Source of the DNA: Centroscyllium fabricii | Lineage: Eukaryota | Direction of reading: 5' to 3' | DNA: 64,000 nucleotides | Assembly (NCBI GenBank): GCA_051313645.2 | Contig: JBNRSN020000006.1 | Span: 308,264,001 to 308,328,000 of the forward strand | In this document: positions 32,001-46,200 of the stretch, in pieces | Layout of the letters: every line of letters begins with the position of its first letter | Position numbering within the stretch: position 1 is the stretch's first letter | Position numbers and translations under genes: made by a program | The notes under the pieces: generated by a model | Databases searched by the model: none | Told to the model about the DNA's origin: nothing | What the model saw: the letters and a program-made list of their open reading frames with translations, nothing else

Positions 32001-35000
32001 TCTATTATATTGATTCTCTCTCCTGTACTATATTCTATTATATTGATTCTCTCCTGTACTATATTCTATTATATTGATTCTCTCTCCTGTACTATATTCT
32101 ATTATATTGATCCTCTCTCCTGTACTATATTCTATTATATTGATTCTCTCCTGTACTATATTCTATTATATTGATTCTCTCTCCTGTACTATATTCTATT
32201 ATATTGATTCTCCCTCCTGTACTATATTCTATTATATTGATTCTCTCCTGTACTATATTCTATTATGTTGATTCTCTCCTGTACTATATTCTAATATATT
32301 GATTCTCTCTCCTGTACTATATTCTATTATATTGATCCTCTCTCCTGTACTATATTCTATTATATTGATTCTCTCCTGTACTATATTCTATTACATTGAT
32401 TCTCTCCTGTAGTATATTCTATTATATTGATTCTCTCCTGTACTATATTCAATTATATTGATTCTCTAATGTACTATATTCTATTATATTGATTCTCTCT
32501 CCTGTACTATATTCTATTATATTGATTCTATCTCCTGTACTATATTCTATTATATTGATTCTCTCTCCTGTACTATATTCTATTATGTTGATTCCCTCCT
32601 GTACTATATTCTATTATATCGATTCTCTCTCCTGTACTATATTCTATTATATTGATTCTCTCCTGTACTATATTCTATTATATTGATTCTCTCGCCTGTA
32701 CTATATTCTATTATATTGATTCACTCCTGTACTATATTCTATTATATTGATTCTCTCCTGTACTATATTCTATTATATTGATTTTCTCTCTTGTACTATA
32801 TTCTATTATATTGATTCTCTCCTGTACTATATTCTATTATATTGATACTCTCTCCTGTACTATATTCTATTATATTGATTTTCTCTCCTGTACTATATTC
32901 TATTATATTGATTCTCTCCTGTACTATGTTCTATTATATTGATTCTCTCTCCTGTACTATATTCTATTATATTGATTCTCTCTCCTGTACTATATTCTAT
33001 TATATTGATTCTCTCTCCTGTACTATATTCTACTATATTGATTCTCTCTCCTGTACTATAGTCTATTATATTGATTCGCTCCTGTGCTATATTCTATTAT
33101 GTTGATTCTCTCTGCTGTACTATATTCTATTATATGGACTCTCTCCTGTACTATATTCTATTATATTGATTCTCTCTCCTGTACTATATTCTATTATGTT
33201 GATTCTCTCTCCTGTACTATATTCTATTATATTGATCCTCTCTCCTGTACTATATTCTATTATATTGATTCTCTCCTGTACTGTATTCTATTATATTGAT
33301 TCTCTCTCCTGTACTATATTCTATTATATTGATTCTCTCCTGTACTATATTCTATTATATTGATTCTCTCCTGTACTATATTCTATTATATTGATTCACT
33401 CCTGTACTATATTCTATTATATTGATTCTCTCCTGTACTATATTCTATTATATTGATTATCTCTCCTGTACTATATTCTATTATATTGATTTTCTCCTGT
33501 ACTATATTCTATTATATTGATTCTCTCCTGTACTATATTCTATTATATTGATTCTCTCTCCTGTACTATATTCTATTTTATTGATTCTCTCTCCTGTACT
33601 ATATTCTATTATGTTGATTCTCTCCTGTACTATATTCTATTATATTGACTCTCTCCTGTACTATATTCTATTATATTGACTCTCTCCTGTACTATATTCC
33701 ATTATATTGATTCTCTCCTGTACTATATTCTATTATATTGATTCTCTCCTGTACTATGTTCTATTATATTGATTCTCTCTCCTGTACTATATTCTATTAT
33801 ATTGATTCTCTCCTGTACTATATTCTATTATATTGATTCTCTCTCCTGTACTATATTCGATTATATTGATTCTCTCCTGTACTATATTCCATTATATTGA
33901 TTCTCTCCTGTACTATATTCTATTATATTGACTCTCTCCTGTACTATATTCCATTATATTGATTCTCTCCTGTACTATATTCTATTATATTGATTCTCTC
34001 CTGTACTATATTCTATTATATTGATTCTCTCCTGTACTATATTCTATTATATTGATTCTCTCCTGTACTATATTCTATTATATTGATTCTCTCTCCTGTA
34101 CTATATTCTATTATATTGATTCTCTCCTGTACTATATTCTATTCTATTGATTCTCTCCTGTACTATATTCTATTCCATTGATTCTCTCACCTGTACTATA
34201 TTCTATTATATTGATTCTCTACTGTACTATATTCTATTATAATGATTCTCTCCTGTACTATATTCTATTATATTGATTCTCTCTCCTGTACTATATTTTA
34301 TTATATTGATTCTCTCTCCTGTACTATATTCTATTATATTGACTCTCTCTCCTGTACTATATTCTATTATATTGATTCTCTCTCCTGTACTATATTCTAT
34401 TATACTGATTCTCTCCTGTACTATATTCTATTATATTGATTCTCTCCTGTACTATATTCTATTATATTGATTCTCTCTCCTGTACTATATTTTATTATAT
34501 TGACTCTCTCGTGTACTATATTCTATTATATTGATTCTCTCCTGTACTATATTCTATTATATTGATTCTCTCTCCTGTACTATATTCTATTATATTGATT
34601 CACTCCTGTACTATATTCTATTATATTGATTCTCTCCTGTACTATATTCTATTATATTGATTTTCTCCTCTGTACTATATTCTATTATATTGATTCTCTC
34701 CTGTACTATATTCTATTATATTGATACTCTCTCCTGTACTATATTCTATTATATTGATTTTCTCTCCTGTACTATATTCTATAATATTGATTCTCTCCTG
34801 TACTATATTCTATTATATTGATTCTCTCTCCTGTACTATATTCTATTATATTGATTCTCTCTCCTGTACTATATTCTATTATATTGATTCTCTCTCCTGT
34901 ACTATATTCTACTATATTGATTCTCTCTCCTGTACTATAGTCTATTATATTGATTCTCTCCTGTACTATATTCTATTATGTTGATTCTCTCTGCTGTACT

Positions 35001-36871
35001 ATATTCTATTATATGGACTCTCTCCTGTACTATATTCTATTATATTGATTCTCTCTCCTGTACTATATTCTATTATGTTGATTCTCTCTCCTGTACTATA
35101 TTCTATTATATTGATCCTCTCTCCTGTACTATATTCTATTATTTTGATTCTCTCCTGTACTATATTCTATTATATTGATTCTCTCTCCTGTACTATATTC
35201 TATTATATTGATTCTCTCCTGTACTATATTCTATTATATTGATTCTCTCCTGTACTATATTCTATTATATTGATTAACGCCTGTACTATATTCTATTATA
35301 TTGATTCTCTCCTGTACTATATTCTATTATATTGATTATCTCTCCTGTACTATATTCTATTATATTGATTTTCTCCTGTACTATATTCTATTATATTGAT
35401 TCTCTCCTGTACTATATTCTATTATATTGATTCTCTCTCCTGTACTATATTCTATTTTATTGATTCTCTCTCCTGTACTATATTCTATTATGTTGATTCT
35501 CTCCTGTACTATATTCTATTATGTTGATTCTCTCTCCTGTACTATATTCTATTATATTGATCCTCTCTCCTGTACTATATTCTATTATATTGATTCTCTC
35601 CTGTACTATATTCTATTATATTGATTCTCTCTCCTGTACTATATTCTATTATATTGATTCTCTCCTGTACTATATTCTATTATATTGATTCTCTCCTGTA
35701 CTATATTCTATTATATTGATTCTCTCCTGTACTATATTCTATTATGTTGATTCCCTCCTGTACTATATTCTATTATATTGATTCTCTCTCCTGTACTATA
35801 TTCTATTATATTGATTCTCTCCTGTACTATACTCTATTATATTGATTCTCTCTCCTGTACTATATTCTATTATATTGATTCACTCCTGTACTATATTCTA
35901 TTATATTGATTCTCTCCTGTACTATATTCTATTATATTGATTTTCTCTCCTGTACTATATTCTATTATATTGATTCTCTCCTGTACTATATTCTATTATA
36001 TTGATACTCTCTCCTGTACTATATTCTATTATATTGATTTTCTCTCCTGTACTATATTCTATTATATGGATTCTCTCCTGTACTATATTCTATTATATTG
36101 ATTCTCTCTCCTGCACTATATTCTATTATATTGATTCTCTCTCCTGTACTATATTCTATTATATTGATTCTCTCTCCTGTACTATATTCTACTATATTGA
36201 TTCTCTCTCCTGTACTATAGTCTATTATACTGATTCTCTCCTGTACTATATTCTATTATGTTGATTCTCTCTGCTGTACTATATTCTATTATATGGACTC
36301 TCTCCTGTACTATATTCTATGATATTGATTCTCTCTCCTGTACTATATTCTATTATGTTGATTCTCTCTCCTGTACTATATTCTATTATATTGATCCTCT
36401 CTCCTGTATTATATTCTATTATATTGATTCTCTCCTGTACTATATTATATTATATTGATTCTCTCTCCTGTACTATATTCTATTATATTGATTCTCTCCT
36501 GTACTATATTCTATTATATTGATTCTCTCCTGTACTATATTCTATTATATTGATTCACTCCTGTACTATATTCTATTATATTGATTCTCTCCAGTACTAT
36601 ATTCTATTATATTGATTATCTCTCCTGTAATATATTCTATTATATTGATTTTCTCCTGTACTATATTCTATTATATTGGTTCTCTCCTGTACTATATTCT
36701 ATTATATTGATTCTCTCTCCTGTACTATATTCTATTTTATTGATTCTCTCTCCTGTACTATATTCTATTATGTTGATTCTCTCCTGTACTATATTCTATT
36801 ATATTGACTCTCTCCTGTACTATATTCTATTATATTGACTCTCTCCTGTACTATATTCTATTATATTGATT
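26020..36871 (+). repeat. 5426-bp near-identical tandem duplication
   Basis: TTGGTT is at 26045/31471 and TTAAC at 26495/31921. ORF pairs 26648/32074, 28816/34242 and 31155/36581 all differ by 5426. Confidence 0.9.
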
Positions 36872-39620
36872 CTCTCTCCTGTACTATATTCCATTATATT
36901 GATTCTCTCCTGTACTATATTCTATTATATTGATTGTCTCCTGTACTATATTCTATTATATTGATTCTCTCTCCTGTACTATATTCTATTATATTGATTC
37001 TCTCCTGTACTATATTCTATTATATTGATTCTCTCTCCTGTACTATATTCGATTATATTGATTCTCTCCTGTACTATATTCCATTATATTGATTCTCTCC
37101 TGTACTATATTCTATTATATTGACTCTCTCCTGTACTATATTCCATTATATTGATTCTCTCCTGTACTATATTCTATTATATTGATTCTCTCCTGTACTA
37201 TATTCTATTATATTGATTCTCTCCTGTACTATATTCTATTATATTGATTCTCTCCTGTACTATATTCTATTATATTGATTCTCTCTCCTGTACTATATTC
37301 TATTATATTGATTCTCTCCTGTACTATATTCTATTCTATTGATTCTCTCCTGTACTATATTCTATTCTATTGATTCTCTCACCTGTACTATATTCTATTA
37401 TATTGATTCTCTACTGTACTATATTCTATTATAATGATTCTCTCCTGTACTATATTCTATTATATTGATTCTCTCTCCTGTACTATATTCTATTATATTG
37501 ATTCTCTCCTGTACTATATTCTATTATATTGATTCTTTCCTGTACCATATCCTATTATATTGATTCTCTCCTGTACTATATTCTATTATATTGATTTTCT
37601 CTCCTGTATTATATTCTATTATATTGATTCTCTCCTGTACTATATTCTATTATATTGATTCTCTCCTGTACTATATTCTATTATATTGATTCTCTCCTGT
37701 ACTATATTCTATTATGTTGATTCCCTCCTGTACTATATTCTATTATATTGATTCTCTCTCCTGTACTATATTCTATTATATTGATTCTCTCCTGTACTAT
37801 ACTCTATTATATTGATTCTCTCTCCTGTACTATATTCTATTATATTGATTCACTCCTGTACTATATTCTATTATATTGATTCTCTCCTGTACTATATTCT
37901 ATTATATTGATTTTCTCTCCTGTACTATATTCTATTATATTGATTCTCTCCTGTACTATATTCTATTATATTGATACTCTCTCCTGTACTATATTCTATT
38001 ATATTGATTTTCTCTCCTGTACTATATTCTATTATATGGATTCTCTCCTGTACTATATTCTATTATATTGATTCTCTCTCCTGCACTATATTCTATTATA
38101 TTGATTCTCTCTCCTGTACTATATTCTATTATATTGATTCTCTCTCCTGTACTATATTCTACTATATTGATTCTCTCTCCTGTACTATAGTCTATTATAC
38201 TGATTCTCTCCTGTACTATATTCTATTATGTTGATTCTCTCTGCTGTACTATATTCTATTATATGGACTCTCTCCTGTACTATATTCTATGATATTGATT
38301 CTCTCTCCTGTACTATATTCTATTATGTTGATTCTCTCTCCTGTACTATATTCTATTATATTGATCCTCTCTCCTGTATTATATTCTATTATATTGATTC
38401 TCTCCTGTACTATATTATATTATATTGATTCTCTCTCCTGTACTATATTCTATTATATTGATTCTCTCCTGTACTATATTCTATTATATTGATTCTCTCC
38501 TGTACTATATTCTATTATATTGATTCACTCCTGTACTATATTCTATTATATTGATTCTCTCCAGTACTATATTCTATTATATTGATTATCTCTCCTGTAA
38601 TATATTCTATTATATTGATTTTCTCCTGTACTATATTCTATTATATTGGTTCTCTCCTGTACTATATTCTATTATATTGATTCTCTCTCCTGTACTATAT
38701 TCTATTTTATTGATTCTCTCTCCTGTACTATATTCTATTATGTTGATTCTCTCCTGTACTATATTCTATTATATTGACTCTCTCCTGTACTATATTCTAT
38801 TATATTGACTCTCTCCTGTACTATATTCTATTATATTGATTCTCTCTCCTGTACTATATTCCATTATATTGATTCTCTCCTGTACTATATTCTATTATAT
38901 TGATTCTCTCCTGTACTATATTCTATTATATTGATTCTCTCTCCTGTACTATATTCTATTATATTGATTCTCTCCTGTACTATATTCTATTATATTGATT
39001 CTCTCTCCTGTACTATATTCGATTATATTGATTCTCTCCTGTACTATATTCCATTATATTGATTCTCTCCTGTACTATATTCTATTATATTGACTCTCTC
39101 CTGTACTATATTCCATTATATTGATTCTCTCCTGTACTATATTCTATTATATTGATTCTCTCCTGTACTATATTCTATTATATTGATTCTCTCCTGTACT
39201 ATATTCTATTATATTGATTCTCTCCTGTACTATATTCTATTATATTGATTCTCTCTCCTGTACTATATTCTATTATATTGATTCTCTCCTGTACTATATT
39301 CTATTCTATTGATTCTCTCCTGTACTATATTCTATTCTATTGATTCTCTCACCTGTACTATATTCTATTATATTGATTCTCTACTGTACTATATTCTATT
39401 ATAATGATTCTCTCCTGTACTATATTCTATTATATTGATTCTCTCTCCTGTACTATATTCTATTATATTGATTCTCTCCTGTACTATATTCTATTATATT
39501 GATTCTCTCCTGTACCATATCCTATTATATTGATTCTCTCCTGTACTATATTCTATTATATTGATTTTCTCTCCTGTATTATATTCTATTATATTGATTC
39601 TCTCCTGTACTATATTCTAT
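35660..39620 (+). repeat. 1970-bp near-identical tandem duplication
   Basis: ORF pairs 36001/37971, 36258/38228 and 36581/38551 differ by 1970. TACCATATCC is shared at ~37543/39513. Confidence 0.88.
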
Positions 39621-40269
39621 TATATTGATTCTCTCTCCTGTACTATATTCTATTATATTGATTCTCTCCTGTACTTTATTCTATTATATTGATTCTCTCC
39701 TGTACTATATTCTATTACATTGATTAACTCCTGTACTATATTCTATTATATTGATTCTCTCCTGTACTATATTCTATTATATTGATTCTCTCCTGTACTA
39801 TATTCTATTATATTGATTCTCTCCTGTACTATATTCTATTATATTGATTCTCTCTCCTGTACTATAATCTATTATATTGATTCTCTCCTGTACTATATTC
39901 TATTATATTGATTCTCTCTCCTGTACTATATTCTATTATATTGATTCTCTCCTGTACTATTTTCTATTATATTGATTCTCTCCTGTACTATATTTTATTA
40001 TATTGATTCTCTCCTGTACTATATTCTAATATATTGATTCTCTCTCCTGTACTATATTCTATTATATTGATTCTCTCCTGTACTATATTCTATTACATTG
40101 AATCTCTCCTGTACTATATTCTATTATATTGATTCTCTCCTGTACTATATTCAATTATATTGATTCTCTACTGTACTATATTCTATTATATTGATTCTCT
40201 CTCCTGTACTATATTCTATTATATTGATTCTATCTCCTGTACTATATTCTATTATATTGATTCTCTCTC

Positions 40270-43200
40270 CTGTACTATATTCTATTATATTGATTCTCAC
40301 CTGTACTATATTCTATTATATTGATTCTCTCTCCTGTACTATATTCTTTTATATTGATTCTCTCTCCTGTACTATATTCTATTATATTGATTCTCTCTCC
40401 TGTACTATATTCTATTATATTGATTCTCTTCTGTACTATATTCTATTATATTGATTCTCTCTCCTGTACTATATACTATTATATTGATTCTCTCCTGTAC
40501 TATATTCTATTATATTGATTCTCTCTCCTGTACTATATTCTATTATATTGATTCTCTCTCCTGTACTATATTCTATTATATTGATTCTCTCTCCTGTACT
40601 ATATTCTATTATATTGATTCTCTCCTGTACTATATTCTATTATATTGATTCTCTCTCCTGTACTATATTCTTTTATATTGATTCTCTCTCCTGTACTATA
40701 TTCTATTATATTGATTCTCTCTCCTGTACTATATTCTATTATATTGATTCTCTTCTGTACTATATTCTATTATATTGATTCTCTCTCCTGTACTATATAC
40801 TATTATATTGATTCTCTCCTGTACTATATTCTATTATATTGATTCTCTATCCTGTACTATATTCTATTATATTGATTCTCTCTCCTGTACTATATTCTAT
40901 TATATTGATTCTCTCTCCTGTACTATATTCTATTATATTGATTCTCTCCTGTACTATATTCTATTATATTGATTCTCTCTCCTGTACTATATTCTATTAT
41001 ATTGATTCTCTCTCCTGTACTATATTCTATTATATTGATTCTCTCTCCTGTACTATATTCTATTATATTGATTCTCTCTCCTGTACTATATTCTATTATA
41101 TTGATTCTCTCCTCTACTATATTCCATTATATTGATTCTCTCCTGTACTATATTCTATTATATTGATTCTCTCCTGTACTATATTCTATTATATTGATTC
41201 TCTCCTGTACTATAGTCTATTATATTGATTCTCTCCTGTACTATATTCTATTATATTGATTCTCTCTCCTGTACTATATTCTATTATGTTGATTCTCTCC
41301 TGTACTATATTCTATTATATTGATTCTCTCCTGTACTATATACTATTATATTGATTCTCTCCCCTGTACTATATTCTATTATATTGATTCTCTCTCCTGT
41401 ACAATATTCTATTATATTGATTCTCTCCTGTACTATATTCTATTATATTGATTCTCTCCTGTACTATATTCTATTATATTGATTCTCTCCTGGTCTATAT
41501 TCTATTATATTGATTCTCTCTCCTGTACTATATTCTATTATATTGATTCTCTCTCCTGTACTATATTCTATTATATTGATTCTCTCCTGTACTATATTCT
41601 ATTATATTGATTCTCTCTCCTGTACTATATTCTGTTATATTGATTCTCTCTCCTGTACTATATTCTATTATATTGATTCTCTCCTGTACTATGTTCTATT
41701 ATATTGATTCTCTCCTGTACTATATTCTATTATATTGATTCTCTCCTGTACCATAATCTATTATATTGATTCTCTCCTGTACTATATTCTATAATATTGA
41801 TTCTCACCTGTAGTATATTCTATTATATTGATTCTCTCCTGTACCATAATCTATTATATTGATTCTCTCCTGTACTATATTCTATTATATTGATTCTCTC
41901 CTGTACTATATTCTATTGTATTGATTCTCTCTCCTGTACTATATTTTATTATATTGATTCTCTCTCCTGTACTATATTCTATTTTATTGATTCTCTCCTG
42001 TACTATATTCTATTATATTCATTCTCTCCTGTACTATGTTCTATTATATTGATTCTCTCCTGTACTATATTCTATTATATTGATTCTCTCTCCTGTACTA
42101 TATTCTATTATATTGATTCTCTCCTGTACTATGTTCTATTATATTGATTCTCTCCTGTACTATATTCTATTATATTGATTCTCTCCTGTACCATAATCTA
42201 TTATATTGATTCTCTCCTGTACTATATTCTATAATATTGATTCTCACCTGTAGTATATTCTATTATATTGATTCTCTCCTGTACCATAATCTATTATATT
42301 GATTCTCTCCTGTACTATATTCTATTATATTGATTCTCTCCTGTACTATATTCTATTATATTGATTCTCTCTCCTGTACTATATTTTATTATATTGATTC
42401 TCTCTCCTGTACTATATTCTATTTTATTGATTCTCTCCTGTACTATATTCTATTATATTCATTCTCTCCTGTACTATATTCTATTATATTGACTCTCTCC
42501 TGTACTATATTCTATTATATTGACACTCTTCTGTACTATATTCCATTATATTGATTCTCTCCTGTACTATATTCTATTATATTGATTCTCTCCTGTACTA
42601 TATTCTATTATATTGTTTCTCTCTCCTGTACCATATTCTATTATATTGATTCTCTCCTGTACTATATTCTATTATGTTGATTCTCTCTCCTGTACTATAT
42701 TCTATTATATTGATTCTCTCCTGTACTATATTCTATTATATTGATTCTCTCCGGTACTATATTCTATTATGTTGATTATCTCTCCTGTACTATATTCTAT
42801 TATATTGATTCTCTCTCCTGTACTATATTCTATTATATTGATTCTCTCTCCTGTACTATATTCTATTATATTGATCCTCTCTCCTGTACTATATTCTATT
42901 ATATTGATTCTCTCTCCTGTACTATATTCTATTATATATTGATTCTCTCTCCTGTACTATATTCTATTATATTGATTCTCTCCTGTACTATATTCTATTA
43001 TATTGATTCTCTCTCCTGTACTATATTCTATTATATTGATTCTCTCCTGTACTATATTCTATTATATTGATTCTCTCCTGTACTATATACTATTATATTG
43101 ATTCTCTCCTGTACTATATTCTATTATATTGATTCTCTCCTGTACTATATTCTATTATATTGGTTCTCTCCTGTACTATATTCTATTATATTGATTCTCT

Positions 43201-46200
43201 CTCCTGTACTATATTCTATTATATTGATTCTATCTCCTGTACTATATTCTATTATATTGATTCTCTCTCCTGTACTGTATTCTATTATATTGATTCTCTC
43301 CTGTACTATATTCTATTATATTGATTCTCTCTCCTGTACTATATTCTATTATATTGATTCTCTCTCCTGTACTATATTCTATTATATTGATTCTCTCTCC
43401 TGTACTATTTTCTATTATATTGATTCTCTCCTGTACTATATTCTATTATATTGATTCTCTCTCCTGTACTATATTCTATTATATTGATTCTCTCCTGTAC
43501 TATATTCTATTATATTGATTCTCTCCCCTGTACTATATTCTATTATATTGATTCTCTCTCCTGTACTATATTCTATTATATTGATTCTCTCTCCTGTACT
43601 ATATTCTATTATATTGATTCTGTCCTGTACTATATTCTATTATATTGATTCTCTCTCCTGTACTATATTCTGTTATATTGATTCTCTCTCCTGTACTATA
43701 TTCTATTATATTGATTCTCTCTCCTGTACTATATTCTATTATATTGATTCTCTCTCCTGTACTATATTCTATTATATTGATTCTCTCCTGTACTATATTC
43801 CATTATATTGATTCTCTCCTGTACTATATTCCATTATATTGATTCTCTCCTGTACTATATTCTATTATATTGATTCTCTCCTGTACTATATTCTATTATG
43901 TTGATACTCTCCTGTACTATATTCTATTATATTGATTCTCTCCTGTACTATATTCTATTATATTGATTCTCTCCCCTGTACTATATTCTATTATATTGAT
44001 TCTGTCTCCTGTACTATATTCTATTATATTGATTCTCTCCTGTACTATATTCTATTATATTGATTCTCTCCTGTACTATATTCTATTATATTGATTCTCT
44101 CCTGGTCTATATTCTATTATATTGATTCTCTCTCCTGTACTATATTCTATTATATTGATTCTCTCTCCTGTACTATATTCTATTATATTGATTCTCTCCT
44201 GTACTATATTCTATTATATTGATTCTCTCTCCTGTACTATATTCTGTTATATTGATTCTCTCTCCTGTACTATATTCTATTATATTGATTCTCTCCTGTA
44301 CTATGTTCTATTATATTGATTCTCTCCTGTACTATATTCTATTATATTGATTCTCTGCTGTACCATAATCTATTATATTGATTCTCTCCTGTACTATATT
44401 CTATAATATTGATTCTCACCTGTAGTATATTCTATTATATTGATTCTCTCGTGTACCATAATCTATTATATTGATTCTCTCCTGTACTATATTCTATTAT
44501 ATTGATTCTCTCCTGTACTATATTCTATTGTATTGATTCTCTCTACTGTAGTATATTTTATTATATTGATTCTCTCTCCTGTACTATATTCTATTTTATT
44601 GATTCTCTCCTGTACTATATTCTATTATATTCATTCTCTCCTGTACTATGTTCTATTATATTGATTCTCTCCTGTACTATATTCTATTATATTGATTCTC
44701 TCTCCTGTACTATATTCTATTATATTGATTCTCTCCTGTACTATGTTCTATTATATTGATTCTCTCCTGTACTATATTCTATTATATTGATTCTCTCCTG
44801 TACCATAATCTATTATATTGATTCTCTCCTGTACTATATTCTATAATATTGATTCTCACCTGTAGTATATTCTATTATATTGATTCTCTCTCCTGTACTA
44901 TATTTTATTATATTGATTCTCTCTCCTGTACTATATTCTATTTTATTGATTCTCTCCTGTACTATATTCTATTATATTCATTCTCTCCTGTACTATATTC
45001 TATTATATTTACTCTCTCCTGTACTATATTCTATTATATTGACACTCTCCTGTACTATATTCCATTATATTGATTCTCTCCTGTACTATATTCTATTATA
45101 TTGATTCTCTCCTGTACTATATTCTATTATATTGATTCTCTCTCCTGTACCATATTCTATTATATTGATTCTCTCCTGTACTATATTCTATTATGTTGAT
45201 TCTCTCTCCTGTACTATATTCTATTATATTGATTCTCTCCTGTACTATATTCTATTATATTGATTCTCTCCTGTACTATATTCTATTATGTTGATTCTCT
45301 CTCCTGTACTATATTCTATTATATTGATTCTCTCTCCTGTACTATATTCTATTATATTGATTCTCTCTCCTGTACTATATTCTATTATATTGATCCTCTC
45401 TCCTGTACTATATTCTATTATATTGATTCTCTCTCCTGTACTATATTCTATTATATATTGATTCTCTCTCCTGTACTATATTCTATTATATTAATTCTCT
45501 CCTGTACTATATTCTATTATATTGATTCTCTCTCCTGTACTATATTCTATTATATTGATTCTCTCCTGTACTATATTCTATTATATTGATTCTCTCCTGT
45601 ACTATATTCTATTATATTGATTCTCTCCTGTACTATATTCTATTATATTGATTCTCTCCTGTAATATATTCTATTATATTGGTTCTCTCCTGTACTATAT
45701 TCTATTATATTGATTCTCTCTCCTGTACTATATTCTATTATATTGATTCTCTCTCCTGTACTATATTCTATTATATTGATTCTCTCTCCTGTACTATATT
45801 CTATTATATTGATTCTCTCTCCTGTACTATATTCAATTATATTGATTCTCGCTCCTGTACTATATTCTATTATATTGATTCTCTCTCCTGTACTATATTA
45901 TATTATATTGATTCTCTCTCCTGTACTATATTCTATTATATTGATTCTCTCCTGTACTATATTCTATTATATTGATTCTCTCCTGTACTATATTCTATTA
46001 TATTGATTCTCTCCTGTACTATATTCTATTATATTGAGTCTCTCCTGTTCTATATTCTATTTTATTGATTCTCTCCTGTACTATATTCTATTTTATTGAT
46101 ACTCTCCTGTACTATATTCTATTATATTGGTTCTCTCCTGTACTATATTCTATTATATTGATTCTCTCCTGTACTATATTCTATTTTATTGATTCTCTCC

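Larger units (their letters stand above)
1..40270 (+). repeat. HOR domain A: variable multi-kb units sharing a private set of variants
   Basis: The marker GATTAACTCC recurs at ~4231, 7611, 9337, 14216, 18585, 23241, 26495, 31921 and 39724. TGGACT, GATTCACTCC and CTCTCGCC also recur in fixed order here and were not seen after ~40.3 kb. Confidence 0.88.
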
